In this document: positions 1 through 15,133 of the stretch, piece by piece
Layout: every line of letters begins with the position of its first letter
Numbering within the stretch: position 1 is the stretch's first letter
Position numbers and translations under genes: made by a program
Notes under the pieces: generated by a model
Told to the model about the DNA's origin: nothing
Database searches by the model: none
What the model saw: only the letters and a program-made list of their open reading frames with translations
Assembly: GCF_000315625.1 (NCBI RefSeq)
Contig: NW_005434635.1
Span: 124,001 to 188,000 of the forward strand
From: Guillardia theta CCMP2712
Taxonomy: Eukaryota > Protista > Cryptophyta
Direction: 5' to 3'
DNA length: 64,000 bases

Positions 1-74
1 TCAAATTTAAACATTCAGAAGTAAACTTCTGAGACTCATAAAAACAACTACACCCGGTGGTGCTCTCCCCTAGA

Positions 75-288
75 CTTTACTCAAAGTTAAGTTAAAAATC
101 CGATGATTCACCGACAGCGGCCGCGCCGGGCCCGGGCCGCGCCCGGGCCGGCCCGGGCCGCGCCCGGTGCTGAGGGCCGATCACTACGGGCGGCGGCGGA
201 GGCGGCGGCGGGCCGCACACCGTGCCGTACCGTACGGTGGTACGGTACGGTACTCTATACTGGATCTTTAACTTAACTTTGAGTAAAG
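75..288. mobile_element. Inverted pair of a 26-bp motif (MITE-like, or two opposed retroelement 3' ends) enclosing GC-rich sequence
   Basis: ctttactcaaagttaagttaaaaatc at 75-100 and its reverse complement gatctttaacttaactttgagtaaag at 263-288 (1 mismatch). The same motif occurs at 21626 and 54763, and partially at 533. Confidence 0.5.
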
Positions 289-645
289 GACGGTATCAGT
301 GGTTCGCCGTTGCACCGGGCCGCGGTTGCCAGAGTGGCGCGGCTTGGTCCGACCGGATCGGACTCAGTCGAACCGCCGGGGGGCCCGGGGAGCCTGAGTC
401 TCGCTCCGGGATCAAAGTTCTCAGCCTGGCCCGGCTGACCCGGCCTCACTGACAAACCGACTGCCTCGTGTGACAGGCTGAGTGAGTGGTGACCGCGGCC
501 GGGGTGGCACTGCACTAGCACTAGGGCCGCCTCTTTACTCAAAGGGCCACTCCGAGTGGCTCGGACCGTGAACCGCAGGGCCCACTGAGAGTCACTGAGG
601 CGGCGGCACGGCGCCGGGCGCCGCGGCCGCGGGGGCGGCACGGCG
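117..645. repeat. GC-rich palindromic low-complexity island
   Basis: Dense CCGG/GGCC/CCCGGG/GAGTC words. Shares GCCGTACCGTACGGT (224-238) with 22237-22251 and GAGTCACTGAG (589) with 19545 and 22172. Confidence 0.7.
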
Positions 646-2206
646 TCTGGAAATTTCGTCTGGTATCACCCCCTGCTTCTCCTCAAATGGTGTAATGGTG
701 GGTGGGGTGGGGTAATCATACCTGATGGTTACAGGCTAAAACTATTCTTTTAGAGAAACCATACAGTACCCCATGTTTTCTCATTTGAATGTAGGGTAAG
801 GCAAATGTCAGCATGGATGCGAGTAACATCATCCGTGCAGGTGCTGACATTCGATGTGACAACACGGATCTGTCACGAATCGACGCGCTCCACTCGTCGC
901 AAGGTACTGGAAATTTTATGTCAGCAGCTATACGACATGACGGAGGCTGACTCCGGTACGCGCGGCAGGTCATGGGAAATCATCTCGTGTCGAATTGAGA
1001 GATCTCTTTAATTATTTACAATTCATCACATATTTTGAAAGCAAAGGAGAGATATGTTTGAAAATTTGGAAAGATCTGGTTGTACCAGCTTGTGGATTGC
1101 TGGTACCGTCCGCCTCCTTCCTTTTCACAGTCTAATTCTTTGATTCATATTTGAACTTTCTGATTCAATTTTCAATTATTGTACAAGAAAATTTGAACCA
1201 TGTGTTTCGTCATGCCTGGCTTTACCCTTGCACCTGCGCGGAAATAACAACGGTTCAAAGACACTTCCTGAAAGGAAGCGATGTCTATCCATAAAGCACT
1301 TTTTCGATGTGCCTGCCGACTTCGGCATGCTTTCTCGATGATTCTGTCCGCTTCAAGCAAAAAATCAAAAAGTCGAAACAATGCATTAGCGGATCGATTC
1401 AGCTTTCATTCCATTGAAACCATCAAGGAACCGTCGCTATGTAGGGTGGGAGTAACGTGATGCCGGCTAAATGATTGTTGCTTGTCCACGTACCCCTCAC
1501 GGACCGCCTGGACACATGACTCCGTGCCGGCCTGTAAGGGAGTGGGCGGGCAGGGGGGCGGGTGGGGAGGGAGGGTGGAAGTTCCTCTAGGGTGCACAAA
1601 GTAGAGGGTGGGTCATGAGAATTGAAGGGGTGGGGGGTTTACAGTCGCTTGTTGAACAGCTTGATTCGCACGATGAACGGTCGATACAGGTAGGTAGGGG
1701 TACAAGGATACATATCATGGCTTATCATATGAACCATAGGTTCTGCATTTACATAGTCTTGTATCAATATATTTCACACTTCTTATAAGCTTATCCCGTA
1801 TGTTTCTGGGGGGTGCAGAGTTCAACAAAAAGAGTGGGTAGGGTAGGAACAAGTCGGACAGATATGTAGGAATCGTCGCAACGGAGAATAATGTAGGGGT
1901 GGGTACTACGGACTCAGGTAGGGTGGGTGCTATGTGGGCGGGGGTGGAGGGCATGTGCAGTTTTAATCTCCCCGTCGTTCGTATCCGTACATCCAGCTTC
2001 CCTTACCCACCGCCTCCTCCTCCTCCTTCTCCTATCAGCCTGCCATCGATCCCCCCTCCCATCCCTCGCCTCATCCAAGCACTCCCCGCCTCCATTGTGA
2101 TTGTTCGAGAATTGCAACACCTGCTTGACCTGCCTCCTTCTTGTAATTGCTCCTGATCCATTCTCCGAGAGATCGACGTCTGCTACCAGTCTCAAGAGAT
2201 CGAACG

Positions 2207-3052
2207 ATGCCGGCAAGCCGAGCGAATACAGCGAATGAGCACAAAGCCTCTGGCATGGGAGCTAAGATTGTAATAGAAAAGAAGAGCCGACAGTCAAAAA
2301 GGAAGCTATCACCACGTGCATCGTGCCATGTATCCGATGACGAGCATCACGAATGTATCCCAGCGCACGCACTAGAAAGCTCCAAATCGTCGGAACCAAG
2401 TCAAAGGGCCCCTGAATGCCTTCCAGACGGATGTGCTATCGGGATCCCAATCTACAAAGGACAACCAGTAATGCAAGTGTCTATCGATCAAAGGTGCATG
2501 GAGGTTGCCATGATGCGGAGTGTACAGAACAACAACTTCAATTTCGTGACACATATGATCCTGTCGGGCTGGAAACCGAACCTCGAAAATCCCTCCCTGT
2601 GCCATTTCTCGGTTACAGTTCATCGCTCTTCATGGAATCATCGGGATCACCTCAGAATCAAGAACGCCTGCCTGCTTCACTATGCAGTTTGCTGCGGATC
2701 TCTGCAAGCAGCGGCAGTTCTCTTGATTGCTTTCCCGAAGCTGGCTTCACTCTCTTGCATGGTGTCGGCTGAAAATGAGAATGAAACGGACGAGGAGTGG
2801 AGCATGTTGCGCCTTACTGATTTCTTCAGAAATCTGTACAAGGATCAAAAGAACGATCTGTACAACAACTATAACGCAGCCCACATGGTCCTCCAGAGTT
2901 TGCAGAACAACCAGAACGCCTTTCCATTTCTACAGCTGCAGACCATGAAAGAGAGGTTTCAGGCCGCGGGATCTGAACCAGTCGCAATGGCCAACATGCT
3001 CTTTGAAGCTGCTTCTCAGATCCAGAACACCCCTCCTACCCGCTCGTCTTAG
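2207..3052 (+). CDS. Hypothetical protein with degenerate ankyrin-like repeats, intronless
   Basis: Long ORF with ATG at 2207. LLHYAVCCGSLQAAAVLL and RSVQNNNFNFVTHMILSGWKPN resemble ankyrin helices. Confidence 0.6.
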   Translation: MPASRANTANEHKASGMGAKIVIEKKSRQSKRKLSPRASCHVSDDEHHECIPAHALESSKSSEPSQRAPECLPDGCAIGIPIYKGQPVMQVSIDQRCMEVAMMRSVQNNNFNFVTHMILSGWKPNLENPSLCHFSVTVHRSSWNHRDHLRIKNACLLHYAVCCGSLQAAAVLLIAFPKLASLSCMVSAENENETDEEWSMLRLTDFFRNLYKDQKNDLYNNYNAAHMVLQSLQNNQNAFPFLQLQTMKERFQAAGSEPVAMANMLFEAASQIQNTPPTRSS

Positions 3053-3260
3053 ACACGTGGCATCCGATTCTAAGTAGATTTTTTTGGTGCAAACCCCGGA
3101 ATAAATTCTTTGATCTTCATTGCATATGTTTGTAGCATTGCTCATCAAGAAAAAGCGTTTTGCATTCAATGATTGACAAGCGAACTTGTTACTTGGCTAT
3201 TTACATTTCATTCCAATCTAAATGAAGAAGAAGGAAACTTTCCTAGATGTAGTGTACTCG

Positions 3261-3320
3261 GTTTGTCACCTCTGAATGAACGTTTGTCACCTCTGAATGC
3301 CACCTTTGAATGAACGTCTG
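3261..3320. repeat. Short tandem duplication (21-bp unit gtttgtcacctctgaatgaac, about 2.7 copies)
   Basis: Directly visible, between convergent 3' ends. Confidence 0.7.
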
Positions 3321-3449
3321 TTTGCCCGGTCCATGTCAAAATCTTCCCTAAATCGATATTTACGATCTCAACATTGAATATTATTTCTCATTCCCGATGT
3401 AGCAACTTGAATAAAGTGCAAGCCAATTCCCTGAAAGGCGAAGAAGTGG

Positions 3450-4827
3450 CTAAGACTGGACCTTGACTGTCCCTCTTAGCTTTGGGCTCTTCCTGAATTG
3501 GCTTCCTTCCGATGACGAACAACTTTCAAGATTTCTCTGTATCTTAGCTTTTAATTTGTTGGCTGCAGTCGTTACGTCCGCGCTCGATTTCTCTGCCATG
3601 ACCAATTCCTGCAACCAAGCCGAGTACGACAATTCTGCGGCCAGTTTCCTGCCTTCCAGTGTGTACAATTCTGAAAGGGCTTGACGTTTGATTTCTGTCT
3701 GCCGATCAAGATCCTCGGATAGTGTAACATAATCTAGCTGTGCCTTTCTATACAAAGAATCAAGTTCAGCCCGTGCATCTTTCAATGTGATGAGCCGTTT
3801 GGAAATGATTACAGATGAATTTCTGGCTTGATCCTGTAAGCCAAGTCATTACGGGGAGAGAGCAGGTAGGTGTAAGATCGACGGACCGCAATTGTGTCTA
3901 AGAGCAAGGATGAAGCTTCGTTCGGGCCTGCTGGAGCAGAGATGCTTTCAGACCTACAATTCAGTCAGCGAGGTGCTTGTCGACGAGGAAAATAACATAC
4001 AGAATCTTTCTTCTCGAGTCATCAATGCTCATGCGATTGATGATCTTCATGACCTCTCCCAATCGATCATCGTATTCGTCTTGATTCCCTGTTTGTATCG
4101 CGGAATGAAGAAGCTCAACGTAACGCCGAACATCTTCCACGTCGCTAATGGTTTTGATAGAACTTGCTTCCACTCCCAACTTTTCCTTCTGTATTTCTTG
4201 AACCTCTGCATCCAGATCTTTCATCTCCTGCAAATGACAACAAAATCACAGATCGATTGACAGGGTCATGTTGGCAGTGCCCACCTGTTGGAAAGTCACG
4301 AAATTGTTCTTCGCCTTGTTCACCATGGCGCTAGTCCTTTCCAGCAAACTTGTGGCGTTGTCATATGCATCCTTGACATCCTGCCAGTTCTTGATTGCCT
4401 TGTCGCGTATTAACAATCTCTCTCGATCTTGAAGGCTCCTGGTCGTGTTGTCCTTTGCCACCTGATCGAGCAACTGGTTCAAGCTTGAAATTGTATTCTC
4501 GTAGTCCTGTTTCCTGTCACATACAACAGCTGTACTGCTCATGTTGCCATCGAGCAACTGCAGGAGGACGAGAGCATCTTTCTCCATGTGCGCAACATCT
4601 TCCAAGCTTGATATCCTCTCACGGGCATGCAGCCTACCCTTAGCTTTCTGAAGCAACCTCACCAGGGAACCAACGCTAGTGAGCAGTTCGGTTCCTCCTG
4701 CACCAGAGAAAAGTAGCTGGAGCTCCTCCTCCCTCCCTCCCTCCCTTCCTCTCTCTCCTCCCCAGCTCACAAGGATAAGTAGGAGCGCAGAAAGTAGCGC
4801 CGTCAGCGCCCTCACCCGCTGCGCCAT
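3450..4827 (-). CDS. Secreted or signal-anchored coiled-coil protein (multi-exon)
   Basis: N-terminal hydrophobic segment ALTALLSALLLILVSW. Successive heptad-rich ORFs 4827-4246, 4233-3961 and 3785-3450 are separated by short gaps. Confidence 0.65.
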
Positions 4828-5203
4828 GCCTATCGCACCATTCCAGAAATAGTTTCAGCCCTCATACCACCCATCCTCCTCGTAGCCCTCGTCCCCACTG
4901 AATACCAATCTCATCTCCCTCATTCAACCGCTGACCCTACCCACCCTGCTACCCACCATCCACATAGACTCGAATTTCCCCACCCCCCCACTGAAAAGAT
5001 TTAGCATCACCCTACCGTTTAGCTTCAAAATGAATGTACCCCTACCCCCTGGAGGACACAAAACTGTCTTCAAAACACCAGCATTTTTGTACCCCTACCC
5101 TACACAAAAGAATTGACGACCCTTTTCCCGTTCGAAGCATTGACTACCCCCACCTTCTGGATGATACGTGTGGGGAGGCGCATGTACAAATCACGGATGA
5201 GAA

Positions 5204-5600
<397 letters not shown>

Positions 5601-6017
5601 GAAGAATAGATGGAGGAATAGATACCGTTAGGAGCAGAAAGAAAAATCATCGTGACATGAAAGTACAGAACTCGAGACGCTAATCAGGCTCATTTCATGG
5701 AGCAATCCAGATTTTACAGATGGGCAGAACACAGGTTTGAGACTCTGAGAGAGTTTGTACATTGAGGCTCATAAAACTGCGACGCCATGATGGACGAAAG
5801 TCCATTTTCGTTCATTCAGCATGGTAGCCGTGCCGTAGGCAGGCGAGATTATAAAGCTGCCTTACAGAAAATTGGAGCCACGTTGAGGTAGTGATGAGAA
5901 AGATAGCGTCCTTGGAAATTGAAATGTTCTCTTGTAGTCACTTGTCTTGGCGTAATGACACGATCCTTGTAGGTGAAGGCAGGAATCCTCCTCTTCCTCT
6001 ACCTCCTCGTCGTTTGC

Positions 6018-8387
<2,370 letters not shown>

Positions 8388-8524
8388 AGACCTTGCAGCC
8401 CTTGGGTGCTCATCTTTCCGCTTGCCCGCATGAGTTTGGATCTGTCTACCAGCACTCGCACACGTCAAGACAAGGTTCTAATAAGAATATTAGAATTGAC
8501 ATCGTCGCTACAAGACTTGTATGC

Positions 8525-11500
8525 TCAGCTGCTGTCGGACGAGTCCGACGAACTGTCCGGCTGAAAGACGCGACGTCGCTGCTTGGAGGAGTAGCTCTCT
8601 ATGGGCGACTCCCGCTCGTCGTCGCTTCCTTCTTGCTGCATTGTGCTGTCGACAAACGTTTGCTTCTCCTCCTCCTCCTCCTCCTCCTCCTCCTCCTCCT
8701 CCGTATCAGAGATTTCCATGGACGACATGTCGGAGGAGGCTGTGCCGCCGTAGAGGATGGCTTCATCCAGAGCATACAGGATGATAGCAATGGATCCAAC
8801 GGACGTGTAACTGCAGAGCAGCTCTGGCCCGAAGTCATCCTGCCTGCCCGCCCCGAGCTCGCTCACGTTCATACTCTCGTTCTCGTTCTCGTTGTCCTGT
8901 GACTCCCCGTTGTCAAAGTCCTTCTTCTCCTCGGCCTTCCAGGGTTGCGGGAGGCCGGAGAACCAGGGGCGCAGCCAGTTGCCCTTGATCGAAGTGATCA
9001 GGAGCCTGAGAACTTCGACGAGGTCATGAGGGCAACGAGCCATCTTGACCATCTGCAGCCATTCCTTCCTCATCTTCAAGAACTCTGAATCTACAGCAAG
9101 CTGCAATGACAACACGTCAGCCATGGTGAAGGCTTGAAGAAAGAATACCTCGTTCAAGGCCATCTCGATCAGCAAAAGATCTCCTTTGAGTTTACACAAG
9201 GATGCCGGCAGGTGCCGTGGGAAGTCACTTTCACTGTCGTCCGCCGGCAAGTCGATGCCAAAGTACGCTCTTGCCGCATCAATCTGCCCAAGAAAACGCA
9301 AGTTACTTTCTATGCGAGATAAGGTCACAAGGAACACAACCTCTTCTGAGCGGATGGAGCTGTAAGCTTCTTGTACAAACTCACAAGCACGATGTCCACC
9401 CTCAGGTTGCTCTTTCTCAAGGAACTTTGAGGCGTTCGAGACGATGCTTTCTATTCCAACCTTCAATGGCCGAGGAGCTCTCTTAGGTGGTTGCTTTTCC
9501 GTCACATTACTGGTCTCAACTTCCATTTTTTGGTCTCCAGTCGCCTCGGCCTTGACTTCACTCTCTTTCTTGGACATGTGACTCAAGAAATCGTGGCGAT
9601 AAAGCTCCAAGTTCTCGATCAGTTCATGCTCGCGTACGCCATACGATTCCAGGGACTGAATCAAATGTTCCAACTGGTGAGGTTTGGATATTGTACACCA
9701 TGCGTGCTCTGATTGGACGTCGCCGAACAGATCTTTAAATTCTTCCCGCTCGCATGAAGAAGCTGGAGGGGATTGAATCCAGATCCTTGAAAAATCACCT
9801 CCAAACACCCAGTACCGGCGATAAAACCTGTCGCACCCCAAACATTCAGACTTAGGCCTTCTATCATACAAAGTAGACTTGTACTTCTGATCCAGGGATC
9901 TCTTTTTGTTGAGATCTTCCTTCCTGATACCTTTCTTGAACGACTCACTTTCATGGATGCTGATGAGAAACTTCAGGTTGTCATCGATGGCTGCTCTATG
10001 TACATCGTTTGGACTCGCCCTCGAGGGATCGTCTGTTCCTCCATCACCAAAGGCATTTTTCCTCGCACCCCCAAGGAACCACTCAGAGCTGATCGTCCTT
10101 GGATTCTTGGCCATCGCAAGAGAGATCTTTGTTGGTTTGTCATACACTGCTGGGATGTTGGTTGAACCATATTCTTCTTCATACCTCTCCAATTTCCACT
10201 TCTCCCACTGCTTTGGCATATACCCATAGCCACGTCCTTGGAGCGGGAAGCAAGGTTTTCCCATCTTGCGAATCATCATATCATTTGCTACTAACTTCCA
10301 CTTGTCAAACTTCTTGGACCCTCCAAAGGACTGCATAGACCAATACAATTCGTAGACAGAAAACTCAATGGATTCGATTTTGAACTTCCTCTCTTCCGAC
10401 ATGTCTGGCCCCACTATCTCAGTCCATCGCTGCAAGAAAGTTTGCGCCTCTTCTTTGAAGTCGTCGAAGTTATGAGGGATTGGGATTGACTCATCTTCCT
10501 CGACTCCCTTATCATTGTCGGAGTCCCTCATTTCCTTCTCTTCCACATCGAACACAGGCTTTCTCCCTAACGCTTTCCTCACCCCCATCATTGCCCCCCC
10601 CCGGGACCGACGACAATCACCCTTGGCACTGTATAAATATTCCTGGGGAGGCGGAATGTTGCCGTAGATCTTCTCGTACTCCGAGAGTTGCCACTTCTCC
10701 CACTGACGCGGCATGTACGCTATACCCCTCCCCGGAAACGTGATGCATTTCCTTCCTAGCTTGCGGAGCATCATGTCATTTGCAACGATCTTCCATCTCT
10801 TGATTCGAACCGAACCTCCGAGAGATTGAACAGACCAGTAAAACTCATGCACAAAGAATTCAACACCTTCTAGCACCAGCTTGAAGTTTGATTTGACCTT
10901 ATCTCCGACGATTGTATGAAGATTAGTTGTGAAGGTCTCTGCTTCATTGGTTTCATCGCAAGTCAAATCTGCTGCAGAGCATGACCAGGGACGGTTTTCC
11001 TCTGACTTGGAGAACCCCTGCTCCAAAAATCTCCAAGAAAGGCATTGTTCACACCTTCTCCAATATTTGATGCTTGACAAAACATCTTCGTCTTGAATCA
11101 TTTCTGTGTCAGCGTGCGATGAACCTCGTTTCTCCGATCTTGATGGTGTTCTCCCTCTCCCTGCTGCTCGTCCTCTTGTACCTGTGCTTCTCCCACCCTG
11201 ACCGCCACGTCCGCCACGACGTCCCCTGCCTCCCCTGCCTCCCCTGCCTCCCCTGCCTCCTCGGCCTCGACCGCGACCTGTCGATGCAGAGGAGTCCGCG
11301 CTTGCCCTCTGTGAGGCTCCAACTTTCGATCTAGACCGAGATTCACTTGCCACTTGCCTTCCACCTCTGCCCTTTTGAGCCAGTTTCCTAGCATCGGATT
11401 CGTGTGAATCGTTGAGAGCAAAGTCAGAAACGTCTACGTCATCAACGTCTTTCCCCCCTTCATCCTCATCCTCATCCTCATCCTCATCCTCCTGTCCCCA

Positions 11501-13590
11501 TCCTTCCTGAGAAAGCCTTTCATTCATGCTCCCATTTCGATTTCCTTCATCCTCCTCGTCCGCATTGTCGTCATGGTCATCGTCAACATCATCGTCATCA
11601 TCGTCATCATCGTTTTCATCGTCGCGCATGTTCTTATCGTCATCGTCGTCGTCGTTGTCGTCGTCGTCGTCGTCGTCGTTGTCGTCGTCGTCAGCATCGT
11701 CATTTGCTCCATCCATCTGAGCAATAGGTTGGAATTGAATGTTCGATTTGACTACATTCTCTGTGGCATTTTCGGGTGTCGAGCCAAGCAACACTGCAGC
11801 TGCTGAAATGTTATTTGATTGCTGCAACTTGTCCGTATTTGGAGATTTGTTATCAACCTGCATGGGCTGTGCAGCAATGCTTGGACTTCGATTTCCATCT
11901 TGCATATCCACTCTTTCTGATTTGCTTTCACCTCGATGCTTCTCGCGTACCGAATGATTGAATTCCTGTTTCTTGTCCATCAGAAGCATCGAATACGACT
12001 CAGCCTTTCTATCCAACAATCCTCGGATAGATGATGTTTCAAGAGCAAGATTGACATTCAAAATCAACATATCCAATCTTGCCTTCATTGGGAGATCTTC
12101 ATAATAAGTCTCCGACAAATATCTACAGAACTCAAGCAATCCCATTCGTTCGTTCAAGGAATCAAGGCAGTCAAGTTGATGCTCTTTGCAGACCATGGCT
12201 ATGTATTGACGGAAAAGCTCGGGCCAGGTTAAGGCATTCAGGGGTCTACCCAAAAAGGCCTTCTTGGATGACCCCAGGTCTGTGAAAAGAGCTTCAATAA
12301 GGAATATGTGGATTCCACGAAAGATTTCGCAGCTAGGATTGCAAAGGAGTTGACAAAATTCTTCGAAGGAGATCTTTTCGTTCTTGAAGTGTTGTGAAAA
12401 GAAATTTGTGAATTCCCATACCTCAAGAGAGTCACATATCACATCAGAATTGAGTTTCACTTGGAGTGGATCGGCCTTGAGAAAGTCTGCATGCAAGTTT
12501 GCATTATCCCCATTCGGTGAGAATCCCAACTTCTTCTGGATATGAATAAGTTCCAGATCATCTATCATCACAAGTCTGTGTTGATATTTCTCAATTGTCT
12601 TCTGCCAAATTCGTTTCTTTTTCTCATCCTGCCTGTGACGCTCCAACTCCATCTTGATTTCTTCCTTCTGCATTTCATATTCAGCTTTTTGTTTAACTCG
12701 TTCCATCCTCAACCATTCCTTGGCTTCTACTTTTTTCCGTTCTTGGATCAATTTTTGCTTGATCATTTCCTGCTTCATCATCTCACGGCTCGAAACTTTA
12801 TTCCTTTCGGTTGTCACTTCGGCGAAGGACTCGCTTTGACGGTTCGTAACGACTGGCAGCTGATGTGACCAAAGCAAGGTTGGCAACTGGACTGGAGTGC
12901 TGCTTTTGTACTGCATGCAGGAACTTGCGCCTGGGAGTTTTTCTATCTCCTTCACAATTGTTCCTGAAGTGAGACCAAACAAAGCATGACCGTTCACACC
13001 CCTCCTCCAGGGGTACCCTCCAGACCTCAATCTCTCCACCACCTTCTGCCACACCTCATCGGGCGACGAGCCTTGCATCTCTTCCTTCACGCCACACTGC
13101 CGGACAACAAAAGAGGGTCCTCCCTGGGGTAAAAAGCCGCCATAGCGAATCTCAAACGAGAAATGCCCGAGCTGCCGAGGGTTCTCCATACTAGGGAAGC
13201 AACGAAGACCCTTGTAGCCAATGGGGTATATGTGGTCGTAGTTGTGATACCCTGGAATATCCGGTAGCACAGCACCTAGTGAAAGGACAGTGAAGGCATG
13301 CGGTCCATCCAACGCCTGGAAAGGAGATCAGCGCAACATGAAGTACACAACAAAAGACTGACTTCGAATGGACACAGGATGGCTTCTTCGCTTGCAAACT
13401 TCTTGTAGACCTCAAGGGAATTCATCTCAGGGCCTTGCTCCACTTTCCTCTTCTTCTGAGTATGCTGAAGATCATCGTCTGCAGACCTGGAAAGCGCATC
13501 GCTCCCTTTCACCATCGACCCTGCGTTCTCTTCGTCGAAGTTGTCTTTCCTCATGTTGAAGAAATGATCGTCCATTGTTCAATCCGTTAC
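8525..13590 (-). CDS. Chromatin protein: FYRN/FYRC - coiled coil - DDT - WHIM1 - acidic/RGG - zf-CW - 2x ARID-like - WSD (ISWI-partner type); 5' exons may extend to about 14.4 kb
   Basis: FYR: YHNYDHIYPIGYK...GHALFGLT...IEKLPGA. DDT: LEVWEFTNFF...FEEF...IHIFLI...LTWPE. CW: WRRCEQCLSWR...WSC...C. Two ELYWSMQSFGG...WKLVA...WEKWKLERYE-type repeats. WSD: LGCDRFYRRYWVF...W...L...GVREHEL. Confidence 0.85.
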
Positions 13591-15133
13591 ACAGCCAGAT
13601 ATCAACTGATGTACACAAGTTAAACTCGCCGTGAAGCCTTCACAGTCAGATTGAATTCCATGCAATCCGATTTGCGCTTGTTTCAGGCCGGCCACAATGT
13701 TGGTTGGAACACCATTGGAGAGCGGCACTACCTGCATTTGCAAGGTGAATCAGAAATCTTGGAATGCATATGAAGATTTTCATCTATAGTGCAACTCAAA
13801 CACACGACTCTCATAAAGCAACAAGGGACAGACAGCAGAAAACATCGTCAACGACAACTAATACGATCATATGTCAAGACGGTGGAATCGATATCATTCG
13901 GTAGAGGTAGGGAAGTGTTTGAAGGGATGCCCTTTGAGAAGAGAGACCATTGAAGTCCAAGTTGCAAGAATGATGAATGAAAACCAGAAGAGAACAAGCA
14001 GCAAGCAAGGCATGCGATGCTAACCCCGTTGGCTCACGAAGCTACAATTCGCGGTTTACGAATGTCTCTAATGGCTGAGCGTGTAACAAACCACCAAACT
14101 ACACGTTCACTTTGGTTCACACCAAAGATCTGCACACCGAGCACATCTCAACGCAAACCAAACCAAACCAAAACTGGATTCCGTGGGAAAAGTTGGTTTC
14201 ATGCTAGAAACGTGGCATCATCCAGTACGAAAACGACACTAGAGCTGATGGGAGTGAAGGAGGAGGGTGGAAATTGGGGATGGAGAGGCACGGAAAGGAG
14301 GGAGGAGGAGGTGGAGGAGGAGGAGGAGGGAGGAAGAGCAAGTGACAGCTGCCAAGACAACAACCCGCGAGGAAATCAACGCGGGAAACCTTGTCTTCAA
14401 TCCGCGGGAATTAATGTTACCGAATCCTCAAATATCAAGACAATGCTTGAATACGTGGTCCTAAATATACCTGCTAAATTTCTATAACAAACGAATAATT
14501 TGAAAAGTTTTGCTCAACAAAAGAGATGTGTCTTGAGAGGTAGAACCCCGGATGAAAAGAAATCGTTTGTCGGTAACGGAATCATAACTGTGCATGAGAG
14601 ATAAAAAGAATGAACAAGAGCAATAAAGACAATCTTACCATCAAATGAGAAACGGGTGAGGGATAGAGGGAGCGATGGAGATGGGGAAAGAATCGGAGGA
14701 TGAGACAAGAATGGGCGAAGAAATGAGTTGACAAGAGACAGTTGAGGGCTAGGAGGAGACCTCCGGGGGTAGTAAGGATAGATGTCGGATTTTACATGAA
14801 AATGGCTGACACAAGAGCACTAGAAAAGCTGAAACATGTTTCTCTCTCCTGACTGAAACATCTTCTATGTGTCTCTAAGATTTTTTTCACGTGGGCGCAT
14901 GCATGGTGTGTCAATTTTTTGTTGCCAGATCGCTAATAACCAGCCGCTTGCCGCTGGGCCCTGACAAGATGCTTGACAAGATGATCGTTTCTGGTCTAGG
15001 TTACCAATGTGAGCGGTAGTTCCTAGGAGTCTAAATTGTTTGTTTCGTCTCACATGGAGTTTCAAGATGTATTTACAAAGGATAAGTTTCGAAGGGTAAT
15101 CAGCATCAACATCCTTGTATCTGGATTTACCCA

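Noticed and set aside
263-288. Motif TTTAACTTAACTTTGAGTAAA resembles the nematode SL1 exon/donor (TTTAA...TTTGAG|GTAAA), suggesting a spliced-leader RNA gene targeted by the CRE element
   Set aside because: The sequence downstream of the putative donor differs in every copy and no shared Sm site is visible, whereas SL RNA genes should be conserved there. I could not compare it with the actual cryptophyte SL sequence.
700-1400. Short ORFs as a gene (also 37810-38053 and 14017-14487)
   Set aside because: No recognisable motif or consistent exon chain could be built.
11460-11700. Trinucleotide (GAC/GAT/GAG) repeats as a separate element
   Set aside because: They encode the acidic tract of the DDT-domain protein.
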